From contig CBFDEM010000062.1 of assembly GCA_965603825.1 (NCBI GenBank), positions 310,001 to 374,000 of the forward strand: 64,000 bases of DNA, in the 5' to 3' direction. Under the pieces are notes generated by a model. It did no database searches. It saw nothing but the letters and a program-made list of their open reading frames with translations, and was not told the DNA's origin. This stretch comes from Blepharisma stoltei ATCC 30299 (taxonomy: Eukaryota > Protista > Ciliophora). Every line of letters begins with the position of its first letter. Positions within the stretch are counted from its first letter, which is position 1. Both the position numbers and the translations under genes were made by a program. Positions 57,355-64,000 of this stretch are shown here, in pieces.

Positions 57355-58605
57355 TTAAATTCTATCCAAGTGTTGCAAGTACTGAAGAACAGGCATAGAT
57401 CTTTCTTTCTTCAGAATAATAACTCTTCGTTCTTGATTATCCCAAATATAAGCCCCACAATTGACAGCGAAATTAAGAGTACTTTTATATAGCGACAAGT
57501 CCACAAATTCATCAAGCATGATGGCTTCTTGGTCATTAATTCTTGACCTTTCCATTTCTCATAGCTTTATTTGCTCAGCCACGTTATCAGGCATGCTATG
57601 ATTTTTAGAATGATTTGATAAAAATGTGATTATTTGAGCACACTGCAGGCCATCTCTGAAAGCTTTGCAAACGCTTTCTCTTGTTAGAAATCCAATTACT
57701 AAATTAGGCAGTCTATACTCAAGCCTCATAAAATAGCTTAGTAATACAATGTGGAGCTCTGAATTTGTGTATGCATAGACCCTGAAGTTGGTTTCTACAA
57801 CTAAGAACCTTTCAGTTATGATATTGTCTTTCGGGGAATTTGTTAATATCCCGATAATTTGTGGCACTACATAAAATCTTTTTGACTTAGAGTTGTATTT
57901 GTAAATCAACCCAAGCTCATAGAGATCTGCAATCAATCCATGGCTGATGCCTTTTACACTGTAGTCTTGTCCGATTTTTCCTATTGACAAATTATATAAA
58001 ATTATTGCTGTTTTTGCGCGGTCCTGGTAGCTCACAAGGAGCTGCCTTAATAGTTGACAAATTTGGTGTTGTGTTGGTTTTAAAAGAAACCGAAAACTCT
58101 CTGCAGTCTGCTGAAAGTCTTGGCTATCTTGAGATATCAGCCCAGCTCTAATAAGAAGCTGCAGGATGCTTATTGATGGTGTTCTTGTCCTTCATATCAA
58201 AAACTCAATGATTTTGTTTCACGAAATATGAAAATGCTCAACGATTTTTTCAATATTAGGCCTTCTTTTGTCAGGCTTTGTTTTTATTCTTAAGCTGCAC
58301 ACAACTTGCTGTGAGAGGATTCTTTTGATTTGAAAAGCTACATAGGGATTGACCTTCACACATCTACCTTGCTCTAAAAATAATCGCAAAGATTTAAGCT
58401 CATTGGTGACTGTTTCTGCTTCTTGTGCAGATTCAGCAAATCTTACAAGGTGCCGCTCATCGATTTCTTCCATGAATATTAAAGTCATCAAAAAATGTTG
58501 GGCAATGTGAGATAAATGCCTGAAAATGCCCATTACAACAGCCTGGTCACTGTAAGCATCTGCAAGTTCTTGATATTCTCGAAAGCAGCCAACCAGCAAA
58601 GCCAT
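57355..58605 (-). CDS. GTF2H4: TFIIH subunit p52/Tfb2, 416 aa
   Basis: VVETNFRVYAYT, RLPNLVIGFLTRESV, PDNVAEQIKL-W(TGA)-EMERSR. ORFs joined through TGA. Confidence 0.9.
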
Positions 58606-58717
58606 TGTATTTATTATTATACTTGCAGACTGGATTTCATTTTTATAAAGATTTTATGTAAGTTTATTATAGTAGCTTCTGAAAGAAAACTGTTTCAAGG
58701 CATATTTCTAATATAAA

Positions 58718-59203
58718 ATGGTAGGGCAAGAGGTTGAAAGTGTAAACATATCAGTCGCAGCTAAGGTTGCAGCTTTTTTATGCGGATTTGGGCTGATTGC
58801 TATTGCTATTCAGAAACTGGTGACCTTTAACATCTTAGATGGCCGTGACTTTTTCTTGACACTTTATTATTTAATTTTTGGTGGAATGGCTATTGCTTCA
58901 GAAGTGAGGTGGAATAAAATTTTGGTTCCTTTTTACTTTCTGAAATACTGCCTTGGCAAAGGAGCTTTCTTTTTATTTGTAGCAACTATCATTTTTGATG
59001 TGCATTATTGGTGGTTCATTTTGATGTCAGTTCTTTTTTTCCTTACTTCGGTTTTTTATTTTATTATTGCGATCGCTTGCAAAGATAGGCTTGTGGATAA
59101 ATCAGAAGAAGTTGAAGAAAGAGCAGGTGATCACAGTGTAGAACAGCCAGTGTTTAAACCTGCAGAAATTAGTATGCAGCAAGAAATAAGCGCTGCCAGT
59201 TAA
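58718..59203 (+). CDS. COPI-associated/TVP15-like 4-TM protein
   Basis: 'YYLIFG...E...FYFLKYCLGKGAFFLFVA' pattern. Confidence 0.7.
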   Translation: MVGQEVESVNISVAAKVAAFLCGFGLIAIAIQKLVTFNILDGRDFFLTLYYLIFGGMAIASEVRWNKILVPFYFLKYCLGKGAFFLFVATIIFDVHYWWFILMSVLFFLTSVFYFIIAIACKDRLVDKSEEVEERAGDHSVEQPVFKPAEISMQQEISAAS

Positions 59204-59439
59204 TCATTTATAGTGAAATAAAATTTAAGTAAACATTTTCAAACACAAATAAAGTAGAATTAAATCTATTAATATTTAGGAGAATAAGATATCTTTGATT
59301 AAATTTTTTTATAAATCTTCATTACTACAGAAATTTAATTTTGTTCTTTTAACGAGCATTTAATTAAGTCATTTATTAAATGTTAAAATTAATTATTTCT
59401 GGAATAAATTATAAAAGGCACAAAACAAATTTAAATTAC

Positions 59440-59802
59440 TTATTTGGTGTTTAAATTCAATATAGTTATTTTTTCATCTCCTCTCTTATGCTTCATCACA
59501 TGCATCCATTCTTGTATTACTGAGCAAGGAGAACAACAACAATGACAAACGCAATCCATGATAGGAGCTCCTTCAATGTTCATTTTGTGTCTTAGTTTGT
59601 ATCTATTAAAAGATGCACCGCAGACTCCCAAACAGCATGGAAGCAAGAAGCCATATAAACCTGCATTAGGATTTTCAGGCTCTGTTATTTTTGCATTGCA
59701 AGATTGCATGCAGCAGTCTCCGCATGGCACACAAAATGCCCAAAGGCACATTACTGGGTTTTTAAAACAATCAAAAGTTTTAAAATCCCACTTTTCTTTC
59801 AT
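59440..59802 (-). CDS. PLAC8-family Cys-rich protein
   Basis: W...FDCF...CLWAFCVPC...RYKLRHKMNIEG...DCVCHCCCSPCSVIQE. Confidence 0.88.
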   Translation of the reverse strand: MKEKWDFKTFDCFKNPVMCLWAFCVPCGDCCMQSCNAKITEPENPNAGLYGFLLPCCLGVCGASFNRYKLRHKMNIEGAPIMDCVCHCCCSPCSVIQEWMHVMKHKRGDEKITILNLNTK

Positions 59803-60039
59803 ATTGAAATTACCATCAGTTATAATTTTGTTAGAAATACTTTACATCTTTAAGCGTGCAAGAGCATCCAACAACTGATGCAGAATTGAAATTTAGCAAT
59901 GATGATTTAATGCAGGTTTTTCGAATTAAATAAATTAATTAATTGCATTTAAACCTTAAAATTATCCATATATCTATTAAATCAATTGCAAATGAGATCA
60001 AGAGTAAAATGAAACTTGATCATCTGGCATGTCTTATAA

Positions 60040-60534
60040 ATGGTAGACAAAAAAGTCACATGGCTTGGAAGATATAGAGTTGCAACAGCATTAATACTTG
60101 GAGCATTAGAACTTGCATATGTAGTAGCTTTGACTTTGATTCTATTATCTAATGAAAATGACTGCGACATGCCAATACGACTTTGGCTTCAAGTTTTATT
60201 GTCAGTCTTCTGTTTCCATTTGATCTTGCTGGTTGCTGCAGAAATTAGCACTCCTCATTGCTCTTATCATCTCTCGAATTCGCTTAGTTTATTTTCAGCC
60301 TCTTTAAATGCAATCCTTGGAACTTTTATGGTAGTGTGGTTTATTTTAGGAAATATTTGGTATTATAGTGCAAACAGCTCATGCAAAGATGACTTTTATG
60401 AGGGTTATATGGCTACTTTTGTGATTTTAATTGTTTATTATGTATTTCTGGCATCGGCATGCTGCATGGGGTGCTTACTGATTATTTTGATTAGCCTTGG
60501 CAGTGGAATCACTAGTAAAGCAGCTGATTATTAA
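60040..60534 (+). CDS. 4-TM protein resembling the membrane domain of TM-RING E3 ligases, but without the RING
   Basis: CDMPIRLWL, FMVVWFILGNIWYY...C and a Cys-rich last helix; TAA follows directly. Confidence 0.7.
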   Translation: MVDKKVTWLGRYRVATALILGALELAYVVALTLILLSNENDCDMPIRLWLQVLLSVFCFHLILLVAAEISTPHCSYHLSNSLSLFSASLNAILGTFMVVWFILGNIWYYSANSSCKDDFYEGYMATFVILIVYYVFLASACCMGCLLIILISLGSGITSKAADY

Positions 60535-60972
60535 TATTTTAAGAGTAATTCACTTTTTACAGAATTCAGGATCAGTTCAGTTTTAGACACATTTTTCTTG
60601 TTTCAATAACTTAATTTAATTATATAAATTTCTATCTAAAGATCTGAATGTGTAATAAATTATGATCAACTAAAGCAGCTTCATGAAATTTTATTTAAAC
60701 AAAAATGAATATAATCATTGGTAGTGTATGTAAACTTACTCTATTTTGCAAATAGGATTTTTGTTGGTCTTAAGTAATCATCTAGCTTCTGAATTTGTTT
60801 TATTTTTTATTTAAATTTATAATATCGATAGGAAATTATTTTTTAGTGCCATTAATTGTGATCCTAATCAACTTTTTTATTTTTTTAATTTTTTTGATTT
60901 CTTGGAAGTCACTATTGTGATTTTTAACATATAAATTTAAAATCAAAGCACCTAGCACAAACTGTTATAATT

Positions 60973-62904
60973 ATGGAAGAAGAAAGACCTAATACAGAAA
61001 CTAAAAAGAAGAAAAGTAAAATAATGTGTAATGTCGCATTCACGAAGTATGAGGTTGTAAAGCATGTTGCATCAAAGGTTTTCGGATGAAAATTGTCATA
61101 TGATGAAGAAGACGAAGAATGGGACATCCTTTGAACTGATCAAGCAGTTCCTCCTGAGAGATTAGCTCACATGAAGCTATATCAAAAGATCAACCATTTC
61201 CCAGGCATGTATGCTATTTCTCGTAAGAATTATTTGGCATATAATTTGACCAAATTAAAGAAAAGATTCCCTGAAGAATACAATTTCTTCCCTAGGACTT
61301 GGGTTGTCCCGTGTGATATGGGAGATCTGCGCAATTTTATGCAAACTAAGAAGAACGCATATGTAATTGTAAAGCCAGAAGCTTCGTGCCAAGGAAGAGG
61401 CATTTATCTTACAAATAGACTTGATGACATTGATCCTTCAGAAAAACATGTTGTTCAAGAATACCTAGAAAAGCCATTTTTAATTGACGATCTTAAATTC
61501 GATTTAAGAATCTATGTGCTTGTTGCTGGATGCGACCCACTAAGGCTTTACATTCATGAGCAAGGACTCACAAGATTTGCAACAGAAGAATATGAAAGGC
61601 CATGCGAAGATAACATTGAAGATATGTGCATGCATCTCACAAATTATGCAGTAAATAAAAACAATCCTAACTTCATCCACAATGAAAACTCAGACGACGA
61701 TGATATCGGCCACAAGAGAAGTCTTCAATCAACTTATGATTACCTTGAAGAAAATGGGTACGATGTTGTGAAACTAAAAGCTAAAATTGATGATATGCTT
61801 GTAAAAACGTTGTGCTCTATACAACCAAATCTTGCACATCATTATCATTCTTGTCAGCCTGAAGATATTACAAATGGTATGTGCTTTGAAGTTTTAGGCT
61901 TCGATGTTATGCTTGATTCAAAGCTAAATCCGTATGTCCTAGAGGTAAACCATACGCCTTCGTTTACGACTGATTCTCCACTTGACAAAAAAATAAAAAA
62001 GGCTGTGATAGGGCAAGCCTTGAAAATTATGAATATTTCTGCTAGAAACCGCAAAGAGTATTTTAAGAAGACAAAGGAAGAAATACAGAAAAGAGCCTTA
62101 ACAGGGAAAATGGAAAGAGATAGCAAAGAAGTCAGAGCTGAAAAGATGCTGCAGCATCAGCTGAAGAGAGATAAATGGGAATCAAAACATCTGGGAGGGT
62201 ATAGAAAAATTTATCCAGTTGAAGGATTTGAAAAATATGATGCCATGACCAAAGCTGCTGATGATATTTGGCAAGAATGGACTGGGACCAAAATGAATAG
62301 AGTCAGAAAAACTGAAGAAAATAAAGTTCCACCGATGAAAACGTTACCTCCCCAGCCACCAAAATCCCAAAAAACAGATGTAAAAAGAGCAGCACAAAAG
62401 GGGCCTGATATTATTTCACCTCATAGATGTCCCTCCGCAAATTTGCCTGGAGTTGATAGTCCAGGAGTCAATCAAAGTGAAAATGAGAAGCATCACTCTT
62501 TAAAAGTTTTTGACAGACTAAGTAAGCCAGTGGTTCGAAGATTCAAAGGTACTGGAGCTGCATATCTTCCTCCAGTTATATACTCTGATGAAACAAGGCC
62601 CAGCCTTGTAATTGAGAAAAAAGCAACACTGAACCCAGCAGCTTTATCAGATATAAGTACAAGAGGAGTAAATGCCAATTTAGTGAACTCAATCCTTTCA
62701 ATCCAAAACGGATTCAAAACAAAAAAGACTGATGCAAAGTCAAGGCTTGTGGTGCCAAAATCCTATCATTATATCAAAACCACTTCTGCAAGAGATTTAG
62801 TCCCAAATGACGAGCTATACAAGACCATCAAACCCAAATTGATGGAGCTTGACACCTTTTCTGAAGATAAACAAAAAGAAAGCTTTAAAAAATGAAATTT
62901 ATAG
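60973..62904 (+). CDS. TTLL6: Tubulin polyglutamylase, TTLL6/13-like, about 643 aa
   Basis: ATG 60973 reached through two TGA codons (WDIL-W-TD). QKINHFPGM, KPEASCQGRGI, KFDLRIY, MHLTNY, FEVLGFD and LEVNHTPSF. Ends at TAG 62902-62904 if TGA 62893 is Trp. Confidence 0.9.
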
Positions 62905-62982
62905 ACTATTAACTGCTAAATTACCTTAACCGTAATTTATTCTTCCCTCATTATTTCTTTGTGAATAATTATTTATTTAAAT

Positions 62983-64000
62983 ATGTCATACAGAAAATTT
63001 TTGACTAATTCTTCTCAAGCGCTTCAGGACTACGAGATTCACAAAGAAAATAGGCAGAGCGAAAACTACGTCACATTTAAAGCAACTCTAAAAGGCGATT
63101 TTAACCAACATTTTTACATTAGGAGAGAAACCTTTGAGAAGTCTGGTTTGAATCTTGCCAGGTTTGATGGGCTTGTTCGGGCAAACCAAGAAGGAATAGT
63201 CAAGGCAAGCAGGATTTTTCTGGAAGAAGTGAATTCAATGATAATGATGTTTATCATAGAGCCAATGCCTGGACGTGGAAAATGCGAGCTTCTTTCAAGT
63301 CTTATCCAAAAAAATCTACTTTCATATTCACAAAAACAATCCCTCTTTCAAAGCATTGCAGCTACTGTAGACTCTTTGCATTCATTAGGCATCTCTCATC
63401 TTGAACTTTCTCCGAGATCAATCATAATTGAAGATCAAACAGTTCTCCTTCGGCCTTTCAAAATAAATCCAGATGCTCAAAATGATAGCTTTTGGTACTC
63501 TCCTCCTGAAACTTTAACTGAAAGCTCATTTTTTGCTGGCCAATTTTCCAGTGATGTGTGGGCAATTGGGTGCATTTTTGCTGAAATTTTTATAAGTTTG
63601 ACTCCTTTGTTCCAGGCACCTGGGAAAAAGGAAAAATTGTTGAAGATGTTTGAAATTTTAGGTATCCCACAATATCAGGAAGTTGAAGAATATATGCCAT
63701 GGGAAATGTATAGAGAGCTCAGGACGTTAGCAAAGCAGAATATTGAACCTCTTAAACATTTGCTGTTTGGAAGCTTGACTAGCAAAGAAAGAGAGCTAGT
63801 CACTAAAATGCTAAGCTTTAACATTGACAAAAGATCAACATGCAGAGAAATTGCTGGATTTCCATGGGGAAGTGTAGAATATTCAAGCGCAAAGGATGAT
63901 TCAGCACAGCCAATTTATAATTGTTACGAGGAAGTATTGAAAGGCCCGTATGAGTTTTGTGAAAACACTCGAATGACTTCAGGAATTTCATCCCTGCATT
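62983..64000 (+). CDS. CMGC-like pseudokinase; 3' end lies beyond the window
   Basis: Open frame from ATG 62983. C-lobe motifs FWYSPPE, SDVWAIGCIFAE and PLF are retained, but HRD is HLE, DFG is PFK, and there is no Gly-loop. Confidence 0.75.
   Translation, partial: MSYRKFLTNSSQALQDYEIHKENRQSENYVTFKATLKGDFNQHFYIRRETFEKSGLNLARFDGLVRANQEGIVKASRIFLEEVNSMIMMFIIEPMPGRGKCELLSSLIQKNLLSYSQKQSLFQSIAATVDSLHSLGISHLELSPRSIIIEDQTVLLRPFKINPDAQNDSFWYSPPETLTESSFFAGQFSSDVWAIGCIFAEIFISLTPLFQAPGKKEKLLKMFEILGIPQYQEVEEYMPWEMYRELRTLAKQNIEPLKHLLFGSLTSKERELVTKMLSFNIDKRSTCREIAGFPWGSVEYSSAKDDSAQPIYNCYEEVLKGPYEFCENTRMTSGISSLH

Noticed and set aside
3144-62717. Short antisense or alternate-frame ORFs (for example 3144-3371, 8454-8717, 25518-25826, 44364-44699, 48549-48944, 61854-62126)
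   Set aside because: They are shadows of real genes, have no recognisable motifs, and many start at non-ATG codons.
226-62895. Many split ORFs that look like pseudogenes or operon-like gene pairs
   Set aside because: Outside the 13.6-15.3 kb relic, the breaks are in-frame TGA codons or tiny introns, so the genes are intact under UGA=Trp.
226-62895. TGA as selenocysteine or Cys (Euplotes-type code)
   Set aside because: The alignable TGA codons sit at conserved Trp positions, not Cys, and no selenoprotein family is present.
1-64000. Mycoplasma, bacterial or mitochondrial origin (translation table 4)
   Set aside because: The gene content is eukaryotic nuclear (Rab, CDPK, TFIIH, ciliary proteins) and spliceosomal introns are present.
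1-64000. tRNA, rRNA, telomeric repeats, CRISPR arrays or TIR-bounded IES/MITE elements
   Set aside because: None was recognised by eye. No C4A2-type telomere tract or spaced repeat array was seen; a covariance-model scan would be needed to exclude small ncRNAs.

Overview
Very gene-dense, AT-rich eukaryotic DNA, most consistent with the somatic (macronuclear) genome of a heterotrich ciliate, probably Blepharisma. The supplied ORF track is fragmented because UGA is read as Trp (for example at the invariant Trp of kinase 'D-x-W-S-x-G', aminopeptidase 'WWDDLWLNE' and TM9SF 'IHWFS'), while UAA and UAG are stops. Seven 15-16 nt spliceosomal introns were found (GTAA...A-x3-AG). Re-read this way, the window holds 46 protein genes, including a DYRK, three CDPKs, PLK, Rab6, Arl8, a P3A H+-ATPase, V-ATPase subunit c, an M1 aminopeptidase, TM9SF, CFAP52, TFIIH p52 and two TTL-family ligases. 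Intergenic gaps are as short as 7-11 bp. The most unusual items are: a decayed L1/Tx1-like ORF1 (RRM-RRM-CCHC) at about 13.6-15.3 kb; a 1209-aa receptor-like protein with two Venus-flytrap-type domains and about 9 TM helices, plus a relic copy of its tail; a membrane-anchored TTL-like ligase; a head-to-head gene pair 11 bp apart; and a palindromic GCGCCAT cluster in front of a C2H2 zinc-finger gene. All family calls come from recognising motifs by eye; no database searches were run.
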